From the NCBI RefSeq assembly GCF_006345805.1, contig NC_043000.1, positions 41,602,001-41,666,000 on the forward strand: a stretch of 64,000 nucleotides of DNA, given 5' to 3'. Shown piece by piece: positions 1 to 12,740 of the stretch. The position numbers were made by a program, and so were the translations under genes. The DNA is from Octopus sinensis (Eukaryota). Numbering within the stretch: the first letter of the stretch is position 1; each line of letters begins with the position of its first letter. A model generated the notes under the pieces. The model was not told the DNA's origin, ran no database searches, and saw nothing but the letters and a program-made list of their open reading frames with translations.

Positions 1-698
1 GGAGGAAATACCGCTGAGTATTTTCCCCGGCGTACTAAAGATTATCCAATACGTTTATCATTTATTTTATTTGAACAACGAGCGGTAAGAAGTAATGAGG
101 AGATTTTTGGTTGCGGTTTCTAGCAAGACGAAACCTGTGGTTTACTCCTCTGTTGCCCGTGAGGGTTTCACTGCTTTTGTTGTTTTTTATTCGTGTTCTT
201 TCTTTAATGGTCGATGTTGCTTTACTATTGTCCTTGTTTTTTTATGGTTTGACTGTCGTTCTTTTTCTTACATATGTTGTTGTCCATGATGGTGATATCG
301 GTGATGATGGTGGTGGGGTGCGTTAAGTATATTCATATTTTTTTTATTTCTCAAAAGCAATGAAATGACTTTGCTATTTTCAGTCAATCAGACACATCAG
401 TACTAAATGCCTATTTTTTTTTTTTTTTTTTGCTTTTGCTTTTTCTTTTCTTTCTAATTATGAGATGTTCTCATTTTTCGCTTTGTTTTTCTTCTTTTAG
501 TGTGTCACATCGCACCGAAGTGCGCGCGGGTACATACATGCGCACGCACACAGACAAACACATATGCATAAAAGCGAAACAAAGCATTTTTTCTTTTCTT
601 TCTCTTTTGTCCAGGAGGACACACTTCTACGTGTGTTCAAAGACACGCCTGAGTGCTATTGCGAAAATAGAAAAGAAATACACCGATACACACCTACA

Positions 699-750
<52 letters not shown>

Positions 751-1025
751 GCGTGGAGGTGTGTCAATGTATATATATATACACACACGCACACGTATAT
801 ATAGATGCATTTATACATATGTATATTATAATATACAAAAACTCAGTTGTGTATATAGGTATATAACATATAATATACATGCATATATACGTATTTATAT
901 ATTTATCTATGTACACACACGCACACACACATCCCAAACTCGAAACATTAAGAGTGGATTGTCAACTTTTGGTCGGTTTAATAAATATATGTGCATTTAT
1001 ATAATCTTATATATATATATATATA

Positions 1026-1074
<49 letters not shown>

Positions 1075-1324
1075 ATATATATACGCACACATACATACAT
1101 AGTGCATACATTATATACATACATACAGTCATACATGCATAAATACGTACGTACGTACATACATACATGCATGCATACATACATACATACGTACATATAT
1201 AAAATGTATATCAATATATTTCATGCAAGAGTTAAAGAATGCTGAACAATCGAAAGTAGAGCTGAAATGGTGTGATATGAATATACACGCAAAATACAGT
1301 AAGTAGTATAGATATTAATATAAA

Positions 1325-1680
1325 AACGTACTACTATTTTTAAATCTCACCACGGGAGAAATTCAGCAACAGTACTTTGGAGTAAAGATTGTTTGCCAAC
1401 ATAACATGGTAGTCCTGGTTTAGGACGAATGTTGCTGTAATTTAGGCCCAGGAGACATCTATCCAGCTGGCTATACGACACAATCTGTGTCCTTATATTT
1501 TTGAACAAGGGATTCTAGCACCACCCCCACCCAGCTCAAAACAATATCTACGTATCGCGATTTCCGGGTTATTTCCCTTCATCAGAACAGAATAATTGTT
1601 CGGCTAGAGGTGGCGCCGCCAAATTCCCCTGACAACCTTGCTCAGACTACTACTTTAGCTCAGACCGTATCTTTTCTTAT
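1325..1680 (-). mobile_element. Probable Penelope-like terminal-repeat (pLTR) relic
   Basis: Non-coding repeat-like segment that carries a minimal hammerhead motif; the PLE assignment is inferred from that motif. Boundaries approximate. Confidence 0.45.
1547..1591 (-). ncRNA. Minimal hammerhead-like motif (canonical core)
   Basis: Minus strand reads CTGATGA-A-GGG-AAATAA-CCC-G-GAAA-TCGCGA-TA. Stem III ATCGCGAT is a perfect 8-nt palindrome; stem I is weak (3 WC + 2 GU pairs + 1 mismatch). Confidence 0.7.
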
Positions 1681-2489
1681 TGGTTTATTGAACACAGTGT
1701 ATCTTTAGTAGCAGAAAAGCGTTGACTACATTTATATGAGTGTGTGCATGTATGTATGTATGTATGTATGTATGTATGTATGTATGTATGTATGTATGTA
1801 TGTATGTATGTATGTGTGTATGTATGTATGTATGTACGGAAGTATGTATGTTCGTATTGAAAGAAAGACTGGACTTTATGACTTTATTTTTAATTAAAAA
1901 CGATACTATAGCATCATTTGGGTGTTTTAATATATCAATACTCTGCAACAAATATACCTGATCAGTAATTTCAACCCGGTTTCTAGCCAATGATAAAACA
2001 TCAATGTACATAAAACTGATAGCCGGTATTCGCAGAAGTGCTTGCTGAGGAAACAGCTCTGATTCTTAAGTATAACACACACACACATATATTATGTATA
2101 ATTTTGTTTGCTTTGTCTGTTTGGGGTGTGGGGGTGGAGGTGCGTGTGTCTCGAATAAAAACCCTGTAGTAGGTTATGCGAAGCTAGTCCACAGTTGTTG
2201 GCTATCTGAAGTCATTATACAATGGAAATGACCTCGCTACTGGATATACATCAGGAATTCCACACTATCAGCAGACTATATTTAAATAGACGTATAACAG
2301 AAAATAAACTGAATGACATTCTCTATTTAAAATCAGTACAATTATTTCAACCTGATTTATTACCCGTAGTACTAAGTGCGTAAAAATGTGCGGAAACAAT
2401 TGTAGTGAATTTTAAATATAGAATGTAGTTCTATATGTAGTTCTATATGTATGTATATCTATATATATACATATATATATATATATATA

Positions 2490-2525
<36 letters not shown>

Positions 2526-2583
2526 GCAGACAGAGAGAGAGAGAGAGAGGGAGAAAGAGATGGATAGATAGATGGCTAGTTAC

Positions 2584-2632
<49 letters not shown>

Positions 2633-3034
2633 TATGTATATATATGGTGTGTCCGTGTGTGTACGTATATAAGCAGTACTAATTTTTTCAATGAGTAAAT
2701 ACATACACACATATATATATATACATACAGATGCATATGTGTGTTTGTATGTGTTTGTGTGTGTGTGTATTGATTTGTGCTACTCAATGCATGGGATGAC
2801 GTAATAAGTATTTACCGCTGTCGCTTGTCGGCAACCACAATTGGTATAAATACAATTTGTGTGTTATCGAGTTGATGAACATTGCAAGTGAACGTCTTAG
2901 ATCGCCTAAACAAAGCAATAAGAGCACTTGTGGTAACTTAAGTTCAATAGTGTAACCGTTATACGAAGCCACTCTGTATTTATGTGAAACATGTGACAAT
3001 GAGATAGCGGTTAAACACACATTAAAGTATTAAT

Positions 3035-3200
3035 TTCAAATCTTGGCACAAGGCCAGCAAGTTCGGAGGAAGGGGCTGGTAGTTTACATTAACACCAGTG
3101 CTCAACAGATATTTATTTTATCGACCCTAAAGAATGAACGGCAAAGTCTTCTGCGGCTGAATTTGAACTTAGAATATATGGACGGGGGAACTGACGATTG
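3035..3200 (-). mobile_element. SINE family A fragment
   Basis: Reverse complement of the TTTGCC.TTCAT.CTTT.GGG.TCGATAAA..AA core and the GGCCTTGTGCC tail seen at 12525 and 19223. Confidence 0.7.
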
Positions 3201-3224
3201 TGCTTATCTACTTCCTTTTTTTTT

Positions 3225-3480
3225 TTACTTTTTTACTTGTTTCAGTCATTAGACTGAAGCCATGCTGGAGCACCGCCTTTAGTCGAGCAAATCGACCCCG
3301 GGACTTATTCTTTGTAAACCCAGTACTTATTCTATCGGTTCTTTTGCCAAACCGCTAAGTGACGGGGACGTAAACACACCAGCATCGGTTGTCAAGAAAT
3401 GCTAGGGGGACAAACACAAACACAAACATATACACATAATCTTTTACTCTTTTACTCTTTTACTTGTTTCAGTCATTTGA
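3225..3480 (-). mobile_element. SINE family B, 3' half
   Basis: Reverse complement of the GTCCCCGTxACTTAGCGGTT..GATAGAATAAGTAC..GGTGCTCCAGCATGG tail. Confidence 0.8.
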
Positions 3481-3795
3481 TTGCGGCCATATTAAGCAGT
3501 ATTTCTTTTGAAAGCATTAACCACCAAGAAATGATCACTCATAAAATATCACTCATAACAAGACGATAACGTATCTTTTTATTTCTTGATCAAGTTCTAA
3601 TGTCCACAAAAGTGAGAGAGTATCTGCAGTAATAACTAAGTACGCATATAAGGTGGTGAACTAGCAAAATCGTTAGCACCGAACTTGCTGGCTTTGTGCT
3701 AAGATTTGAAATCATAATTATCATCATTAAGGCTGAATTTTTAATGGATGACTTTTGTGATACATGTGCATGAATGTGTGCGTGAATGTGTTTGA

Positions 3796-3841
<46 letters not shown>

Positions 3842-3844
3842 CTG

Positions 3845-4137
3845 TGGAGGCACATAGCCTAGTGGTTAGAGCAGCGGTCGAGGGATCGCAGGTACGAATC
3901 TTAGACCGGGCGATGTGTGTGTTTATGAGCGAAACATCTAAGCTGCACGCGGCTACGGCAGATGGTAATGGCGCACTTCTGCTGACTCTTTCGCCACAAA
4001 TTTCTCTCACTCTTTCCTCCTGCATCTTGCAGTTCACCTGCGATGGACTGGCGTGCCGTCCAGGTGGGGAACCTATACGTCAAGGAAGCCGAGGAATCGG
4101 CCCTTATGAGCCAGGCGTGACTCGAGAAGGAAAAAAC
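3845..4137 (+). mobile_element. tRNA-derived SINE family C
   Basis: A box TAGCCTAGTGG and B-box-like GGTACGAATC; head and body homologous to 31811-32000. Confidence 0.75.
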
Positions 4138-4174
<37 letters not shown>

Positions 4175-4175
<1 letters not shown>

Positions 4176-4510
4176 ACCGTTTGCTTTTTCTTTGATTTTT
4201 TACAACGTCGTGCTTATTGTATCGGTATGTTTTGCCGAACTGTTAATTTACGGGGACATAAAGACAACAACATTGGTTGTCAAACTTTGGAATGGGGAGC
4301 AAACACAGACAAAACCACTCACTCACACACACACACACCTATTTATGAAGGTGTTCTTTCAGTTTCCGTCTTGCAAACTTACTCAGAAGATTTTGTCGGC
4401 CCGAGGCTACAGTAAAAGACACTTGCCTAAGGTGCCATGCAGTGGGACTGAACCCGGAACCATGTCGTTGGGAAGGAAGCGTCCTACCACACGGCCACTC
4501 CTACATCTGT
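4175..4510 (-). mobile_element. SINE family B (CORE-like), near full length
   Basis: tRNA-like head, CCTTAGGCAAGTGTCTT core, internal (GT)n and family tail. Confidence 0.8.
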
Positions 4511-4849
4511 AATTCAAAACACCTATTAGTATTAACTTCACTCATCTTATTCGAAGATATCGAATCAAGTTGGGATATTTGGCCACGCTAGTTGCTTATA
4601 GAAGCCAGCTGACTCGTTATTGGGTTCAGTAATTGAGGAGTAACCAATGAAGCCGACAATGAATGATGTGGTGGATGAATGCCTCTTAGTTAGATCAGAT
4701 TAATATCTATACTTATCGTATGTGGTTCGATTCCCACGAGTGAATTTGTTAACATTACTTTTATTATAACTAAATATGTCTTCACAAAAGATGTAATAAT
4801 TAATGTAACTTCCCCTCACAACCACAGACATATATATATATATATACAT

Positions 4850-4899
<50 letters not shown>

Positions 4900-5161
4900 G
4901 TATATATATACATATATATATATACATATATATATACATATATGTATATATATATTTATATATACACACACACACACATATATATATATATGAATAGAAA
5001 TACATATATAAATATTTTATATATACATATATATGTGTTTATGCATATATGTAAATATATATGGGCGTGTGTATGATCTGCTTGCATATTATGAGTACTA
5101 CGTATATATGTGTATATCAACACACATGCACACATATATGTGTGGTGTGTGTTTATATATG

Positions 5162-5201
<40 letters not shown>

Positions 5202-6416
5202 TATATGCTTACTCACACGCACATATATGTGTGTGTATTTATATATGTATGTTTAGACGTGCACGAACGCACACACTCAAACACATACACGCACACATTC
5301 ATGCACATGTATCACAAAAGTCATCCATTAAAAATTCAGTACAATAAATATGTCCATGAGTAGTTGCTTGATGTGATTACCTTTTTATGAGTTGATATCA
5401 CAGAACTTGAACATCCTAATTCATTATTAAATATTCATCGAAAATTTTGTGAGATTATACCGTACATAAGATCGGTCAGAAAGTCTTTATATCACACCAA
5501 TGAATTCTCCGGGAACATTTTTACCTTCAGAAAGATACTAACATCTAAAATAGAAAATGTTTTTAAAAAATTGAGATGGGATAAATTCATCCTCTAAATC
5601 ATTTGTTTGGCAGTTATAGAAATCGAAGAAGTTAATTGTTGTGGCTTTTCGAATATTTAAACTTCTGAATGTAGAGGGGGGAAATGATAGGAAAGACATG
5701 GGAACAAACGTAGAAAGTAAAATAAAATAATCAAAAGAAAAAAATGCGCACGCAGAGCTTACATTTGACAATATCTCCATTGTGCGCATCAATGCGTTGT
5801 ATGTGTGTGTATGCATGCATGTATATGTATATTTGTGTGTGCGTAAATATGGTGCAAAAATTATAAATAACACGAAAACGAGGTTAAAGCACAGGCAGCA
5901 TGTATTAGGTTCACGCTCAGAAAAAGTTGAAGGAAAAATATTTTACGTTTCGAGTATATGCTCTTTTACAGAAAGAGCGAATGAGAGAAGGGAAAAGATG
6001 GAAAAGAGAAAGAGAGAGACAAACACGCACAGAGTAAATGAGAGATTGATAAACTGTTAGATATCCATGTTGCAATTAATGCTTCTATATCGGTACAGGA
6101 GTTTGGTTGTTTGAATGGTTATATTCAGTCAAGTTGTATTGTCGTCTATTTTTATAATGGGTGATTTTTGAAGTAACTACATTTTCCGAAAATTCCATCA
6201 CTAGTAATTAATTAGGAGCCAAAGTTGTATTGATTTATAAGAATGAGGCGATTTTTTCTGGAGTGCAGATAAACATCTTACTTTTCCGCCCATTTAAAGT
6301 CAAAATCTCTTAAGACTCTTAACTTTGATGTTTTTCACTTAAATCCTTTTCACTTAGATTGAAACCACGATCCCACGACCGCGAGTCTGCTGCCTTAATC
6401 ACTGGGCCATTGCGCC

Positions 6417-6464
<48 letters not shown>

Positions 6465-6889
6465 CGTATGCTTGTATGTATATGTTTGTCCAGGTTTCCC
6501 ACGTAACTTGCGGCCAATACTCCTTAAATCCCTAGCTCTCACAATCTTGGAGGTCCCACAATCGGATCGTTTCTCCCTTGGCGCTCATGTAGCTAAATAA
6601 CTCATTATGTCAATAAATGCTACAATATTATGGTTTTCAGTTAAATATATATTTAATGTATGAATAATATATATCATTCATTTTCTGAAAAAAATATCAA
6701 ATGCTATTAGCGTGGTTCACCCAAAAACTGAAGAATCTGAAATTAAAAAATTACACAAAGCAATGAAAACATATCAGTGTCATTGCCACAGTGTGCAAAC
6801 CAGCTGGGAAAAGTTTAATCAAAATGATTCACAGCGAACCGAGAAATTATAAACTTCGCTCCTAAGCTATTAGCGTGATTCTGGATGTA

Positions 6890-7075
6890 TATATATACCT
6901 TCGAAACAGGCATTGAGTCGAAACAGGAGCAGCTGAAGAAAGGGAATGTTCCTTGTGTTGTTTGTCTTGTACTCTGTTTTTTCGTTGTTAAAAAAAAAGT
7001 CCGTTTCCTTGTTTGGTTTTATGTTTTCGTTTCTCGTTGTGTTCTACGTTTATTTGTGGTGTCCTGTACTCATAT
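6890..7075 (+). mobile_element. PLE-like terminal repeat, family shared with 28690-28960
   Basis: CCTTCGAAAC...CAGCTGAAGAAAGGGAA..TTCCTT..GTC.TGTAC is homologous to the minus strand of 28690-28960. Confidence 0.45.
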
Positions 7076-7419
7076 ATGCATGTATATATACATAGAGATG
7101 TAGGTATGTACATATATGTATGTATGCATATGTTTTATTTATTAAATTGTTATTATATATATATATATATATATATAAATGTAGAGATGCAGCACGAAAT
7201 TTATGTGTGTGTATGTGCGTGTGTGTGTGTAGGCATGCATTTATGTATGTATTCCCGTCATTTTATTCATTATTTCGCTATTTCTCTTTTTATTCATACT
7301 CTGAAGGTTTAAAAATCATATTACAATTTATTACAAAGTGGATTCCTATACGCTAGAGATAGACGTCAAATTGCCTTACCAGAAAGAGTGTGTCTTCAAG
7401 AAAAAAAACCCCAGCAAAC

Positions 7420-7780
7420 CCAGGCGCAGGAGCGGCCGTGCGGTAAGTAGCTTGTTTACGAACCACATGGTTCCGGGTTCAGTCCCACTGCGTGGCATCT
7501 TAGGCAAGTGTCTTCTACTATAGCCTTGGGCCGACCAAAGCCTTGTGAGTGGATTTGGTAGACGGAAACTCAAAGAAGCCCGTCGTCTATATGTATGTGT
7601 GTGTGTGTGTGTGTGTGTGTTTGTGTGTCTGTGTTTGCGTCCCCGTAAATTGGCGATTCGGCATAAAAGACCGATAGAATAAGTACTAGGCTTACAAAGA
7701 ATAAGTCCTGGGGTCGAATTGCTCGACTAAATGCGGTGCTCCAGTATGACTGCAGTCAAATGACTGAAACGAGTAAACGC
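7420..7780 (+). mobile_element. SINE family B, full length
   Basis: GGCGCAGGAGCGGCCGTGCGG head, GGGTTCAGTCC B box, CORE-like CTTAGGCAAGT, internal microsatellite and tail. Confidence 0.85.
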
Positions 7781-7830
7781 CTAAATGTAATATAATATAA
7801 TGTGTATATATATATATATATATAATAAAA

Positions 7831-8252
7831 TATTAGGGAATAAATGCAAAGTTACAGGGAAAAATCAGATTTAGGATTGAATCCAAGTTTATAGTAAAAT
7901 ATTATATTATATTAAATTAGAGATAAAACCACTATTAGGCAAATCAAACAATGAAAAACTTAAGCCAATTCATAAAATGAATTAATTTATATTATTTTAA
8001 ATACATATCAATAACCTCGCTAAGATAAATATTTCAATTACCTGAAGATTGACTGTAACCATAACTCGAATTATTACGAATTGGACAGCCATGAAACGAT
8101 CGTAGTGTTTTACTCATTATCTTTTATTAAACTTTTAATACTTTTGATATATATTTAAAATAATATAAATTAATTAATTTTATGTATTGGCTTAAGTTTT
8201 TCATTGTTTGATTTGCCTAATAGTGGTTTTATCTCTAATTTAATATAATATA
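7831..8252. mobile_element. PLE pLTR fold-back, flanked by (TA)n
   Basis: Inverted arms at 7904-8011 and 8144-8252. Same family as 62310-62520, which adjoins a PLE ORF N-terminus. Hammerhead motif in the spacer. Confidence 0.7.
8039..8107 (+). ncRNA. Hammerhead-like motif with extended stem II
   Basis: TAC-CTGAAGA-TTGACTGT-(28 nt)-ACAGCCAT-GAAA-CGATCG-TA-GTG. Stem III ACGATCGT is palindromic. Confidence 0.65.
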
Positions 8253-8269
8253 TATATATATATATGACA

Positions 8270-8548
8270 GACTCTCCTGTCGAAAACGACATATGAGCGA
8301 TCAGATTTTGCCGAATGACCTGCACAAATGATTTGGTTATAGTGATTAAATGTACATGCTGTACATTGGCCTACTCCCTTCGTCAAATCAACATTGCCTG
8401 AACAGGTGCACAGTGTACCACGCGTCAGGTGTCAAAGTGATCGTAGACAACGTGAGATGAAGTACTTTGCTCAAGAGCACAACACACCTCCCGGGCTAGG
8501 AATTGAAACCACGATCTCGTGTCTAGCACCCTAACTTCTAGGCCATGC
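8270..8548 (-). mobile_element. tRNA-headed SINE (C-related head, different body)
   Basis: Minus-strand head GCGCATGGCCTAGAAGTTAGG..GGTTTCAATTCC and GTGCTCTTGAGCAAAGTAC core. Confidence 0.6.
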
Positions 8549-8567
8549 GCGCTCCTATGTATGTATG

Positions 8568-8627
<60 letters not shown>

Positions 8628-8639
8628 GACAGACAGAGA

Positions 8640-8830
8640 GTGTGTATTCTTGTGTACTTGTGTGCGCGTGTCTGTGTGCTTGTATGTTTGTGTGTGTATG
8701 TGCGCTTGTATGCTTGTGTGTGCTTGTGTACTTTTGTGTGTGTGCTTGTGTGTGTATGCTTGTGTGCTTGTGCGCTTGTGTGTATGTTCTTGTGTGCTTG
8801 TGTATGTGTGCTCGTGTGTGGTGTTAGTGT
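8640..8830. repeat. Cryptic GTGTGCTT-type low-complexity tandem repeat
   Basis: Degenerate repeats of GTGTGCTT/GTGTATG. Confidence 0.7.
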
Positions 8831-9296
8831 GTCATTTTCTCTGTTTGTCACTATCTTGTCTGCTGAAATCAAGGTAGGATAATTGCTGTGAGGCTAACGT
8901 CAGGTGAAGCAAGAACATATGTACAGACTTGTTTTCTTTTGTCCAGATAATCAAACTATCTTTTCCCTAAATGCATGTCAATATTTGGAAAATTCCCGAT
9001 TCTTGTGATTCTCTAGCTTTCTCATCTGGTGTTGTGTGTGGTGCTGCTTAAAGGTGTTTGCTTAATCTTCTCTTGAAAAAAAAGATATTTTAATAACTCG
9101 ACAATGTATCTCATGTGCTATGTTGTAATACCTTTGTCCTTTCTTCATATATATTTATGTGTGTGCGTGTGCGTGTGTGTATGTTTGCGTGTGTGTCTGT
9201 ATGTCTGAGTGTGTGTGAGTATATATACATACACGTCTCGATCATATAATCCGATGTTCTCATACACCGTTGATCACAATGCAAAGAAGCTCTAAA

Positions 9297-9922
9297 CTAG
9301 CTGTTAATCGGGGTCCATGTAAGATTTCGGGGTTGTCCATTCAACGAAATAGTGAATTGGGGGCCTACAATAGTATTTTAAGGGCCCCTGAAATTTTTTT
9401 TATTTTAGATATATGCAGTGGTGTATATTGCAAAAAAAAACAGGTTTCTTGTCTCTAGCATTTTACATAGTTCAACCTACACAAGTTAAAGGGGGAAAAA
9501 AAATTAGGAATTTTGAAATAAATTTTTATGAAACTAGTTTTTAACATTGAATGGCAATGGGGATCCATCAGAATAAAGCAGAACATAAAAGAGGTCCTTA
9601 GGTTAAAATGGGTGAGAAACCCTGCCCAGTGATTCCTAACCGGGGTCCATATAAGACATTTTTTTTTTGTGGAACTGGGGGTACACAACAAAATAGTATT
9701 TTAAGGACCCCTGAAGAAATTTTGCTTTAGATGTATGCAAGAAACAGCCAGGTTTTTTCCCTAGCATTTTACATAGTTCAACCTATACAAGTTAATGTCT
9801 GAAGAACAAAATAAGAAGTTTGAAAGAAATTTCTATAAAACTAAATTTTAAATATCGAATGTCTTTCGATAGTAATCAAAAGAATCTATAGATAAAAAAA
9901 AATTAAATGGTCGAGAATCCCT
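9297..9922 (+). mobile_element. Two head-to-tail hAT/Charlie-like MITE copies
   Basis: Units 9297-9624 and 9627-9922 share CGGGGTCCAT, ATAGTATTTTAAGG.CCCCTGAA and CTAGCATTTTACATAGTTCAACCTA. Ends resemble Charlie TIRs (CAGTGATTCCTAACC ... GGGTGAGAAACCCTG). Confidence 0.55.
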
Positions 9923-9924
9923 TC

Positions 9925-10100
9925 TCTAGACTGTTTCCATCCGGCTGATCAGGCGGGTTGGCCATCATTTTCCGTCGTTAAGTTACCTGTTTATAGCTGA
10001 ATGATGCAATGTGAAATTTGGTGTTTTGCTTAAGAGCACAACTGTCTGGGAATCGAAACCTCGATATGATGATTGTGAGTACAACACCCTAACCACTATA
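9925..10100 (-). mobile_element. Decayed tRNA-headed SINE
   Basis: Minus-strand GTGGTTAGGGTGTTG..GGTTTCGATTCC..GTGCTCTTAAGCAAAAC. Confidence 0.55.
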
Positions 10101-10139
10101 TTTAACCATATAGTTATATTATCCACTGCGTTCCTGCAG

Positions 10140-10181
10140 CCTGTTTAATTTTGTCCGTGTGTTACGCTTACACCAAGGAAG
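10140..10181 (+). other. Candidate 42-nt exon
   Basis: Acceptor CGTTCCTGCAG and donor AAG|GTAAGA; two of three frames are open. No homology recognised. Confidence 0.15.
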
Positions 10182-11796
10182 GTAAGAGTGAAAGGGGTGA
10201 GAGGCAGATAAAGAGAGATACGAAATGGAAACAGTGAAATCAGCCAAAACATAGAATGGGAAAACATGAGAGAAGAGTGAGAATGAAAGAAAGAAAGAAG
10301 GAAGGAAAGAAAGAAAGAGAGGAAGAAAGAAAGAAGGAAAGGAAGAAGGAAAGAGAGAGAGAATATCTATATTATTCTACATTTGAGAGTTCTAATCGCA
10401 AGCACAATCGAAATGTTTAACAAAACGAAACACTATCGTGAAAATCTTTAAATTTACGCAGTAAGGAATATAGTCAGGTTAAAGCGAAATAACCTTAATT
10501 AGCAAACAGCTATGAATGTTGCATTCTTATTTTTTAGATGTTACAACCAAAGGCTGCGGCCATGCTGGGATACCACCATTATAATTTATTTTTTCTATAT
10601 TCGGTTTAAATACTAATCTGTATTATGAGAGAGTGATACAATACATCGGCAGACGGGAAAGTAGATATTCAATGATATGCTGACTTATACCGCAGAGCTG
10701 CCACGGGTTGCCCTAGTACTTAATTTAATAACAAGAAAGTACGAGAGGCTACAATTTACGAAGGAAATTTATACATCATTAATGCCATTGCTCCAGTGCC
10801 CGTCAGTGCTATTTTCATGGAAGTGCCTGATCTAATATGGATTAGAAGAACGAAAACATCAATGTTTGCTATGACAACAGAACAGATTGGAATTGTGTCA
10901 CCTTCAATGAGTCGAAACACTGCGGATCTAAATTAACATAATATTTTGGTTAATACGTCAAAGCAATAACAACGGATGTTATGAAATGTCACTCACACTC
11001 GAACCTGAATCTCAGTTGGTGTTTTTCTCTCTGTCAAAAAATACCCGCTTCCCAGAATTGCTCTTTTCTTTATTTCTGTTTATGCTATTACGTATTTTTT
11101 TCGAGCGTGCGAGTGGGGGTGTTTTGTACTTTAAAAAACTCGATACTTCGATCACAAAAATAGTTAGCATCTCTTATATAGACAGACATTTCACAAATTT
11201 TCATACAAAGCTTATCAAAGTGCCTGCTAGATTTAGAAACATTTCATTGAATTTCATCGAATTTAGATCTATGATATTATATGTATAATGTGAACGATGT
11301 AACATATGTATCAATGAAGACATACATATATACATGATAGCTGCGAACTCGTGTTCGAGTATTGCCATTGCCAGATCGAATGTCCCACATATGCGAAGGC
11401 TACGACCAGTCATTTTGTGATAGGTCTTACTTTTTTTTTCATCATGCACAGGTATGATGATTTTTTTATTGTGGGGAAAGGATTTGTACAAATCTAACCC
11501 TCTCTCTGAACATGGACAATATAAACTCGAAAAGAAGCCCTAATGTACAGCTTCAAATATTGTTAGTGTCGCAGGTTTTATCTCAGAGTTTCCCTCTCCT
11601 AGAGAGATGCTGTGACAACAGTAGAGAGGTCACCCACTCCTAGTGGGCCAACCTTGCTCCTGGACACCAATTCAGGTATTTCCACGTCCCTGCGCATACA
11701 TGCATGCATGCATATTCATGTACACATATTGTTGATGGCCGTTGATTGCTCATGAGCTCTTCCGCCCTTTGACAGAGCTTATTTTTCGTCTTGCAG

Positions 11797-11877
11797 GGTA
11801 ATCAACAATCAGCCTCCTCACCAAGCAAGCTTGATGGGGTTGCCGGTGTAGTCGCCGACGACTCGACCGTGCAACAG
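11797..11877 (+). CDS. Candidate 81-nt exon (GNQQSASSPSKLDGVAGVVADDSTVQQ)
   Basis: GC-rich non-repetitive island, acceptor TTATTTTTCGTCTTGCAG, possible donor CAG|GTTATA, phase 0-0 frame open. Product not recognised. Confidence 0.25.
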
Positions 11878-11921
11878 GTTATACTGGGTTTCATGTTACC
11901 AGTAGATCCCAAGAGCGACCT

Positions 11922-11945
11922 CACACACACACACACACACACACA

Positions 11946-12032
<87 letters not shown>
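11922..12032. repeat. (CA)n microsatellite
   Basis: Direct inspection. Confidence 0.95.
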
Positions 12033-12037
<5 letters not shown>

Positions 12038-12524
12038 TATATACATAATGGTTGTAACTTAAATTCTAGTAATGTCATCGCTTATCGATGTGATAATTTA
12101 GTTCTGTATGAGACACTTTTGCGCATAATGTTCCTACATTTGTCTGTTTTTGTTCCTGTGGAGTTGGAAGTATGTGAGTATTTTGCCCTTGAAGCTCAAT
12201 CGGTCAAACGTTTCATTATATGATGCTTAGTTATATGATGCTGAGGTGCGTCTGTTAACGTTACCAGTAATATGCTTAATACTTGAGGGTGTGGCATTGC
12301 AGTATTGAATTATGTAGCTAGTTCTCTAATTAGTTTTATGAAACGAGGAGTGTTTGCCAGCTTTATGATAATGAGTGTGTAGAAAACTTGTTTTATGTTA
12401 GTTTCAATCTCAATTAGTAAACTTCAGCTTTGATTGGCTGAGTATTCTAACACTCTTCCAATTTTGTCCACCTCGTGTTCATTATTATTATTTTTTTTTC
12501 ATTATCTTTAACTATTTATTTTAA

Positions 12525-12727
12525 AGTAGCGAGCTGGCAGAGACGTCAGTACGCCGGACGACATCCTTAACAGTGTTTCGCCCGTCCTTACGTTCTGAGT
12601 TCCGAGGTCGACTTTGCCTTTCATCCTTTCGGGGTCGATAAATTAAGTACCAATGAAACACTGGGTTCGATGTAATCAATTAGTCTCCTCTCCCAAAATT
12701 TCAGGCCTCGTACCTTTAATAGAAAAT
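12525..12727 (+). mobile_element. SINE family A, full length
   Basis: GCGAGCTGGCAG head and GGTCGACTTTGCCTTTCATCCTTTCGGGGTCGATAAATTAAGTACC central domain. Confidence 0.85.
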
Positions 12728-12740
12728 ATAATTTTTTTAG

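Noticed and set aside
615-700. Polypyrimidine tract plus AG followed by EDTLLRVFKDTPECYC
   Set aside because: No convincing donor before the (TA)n tract.
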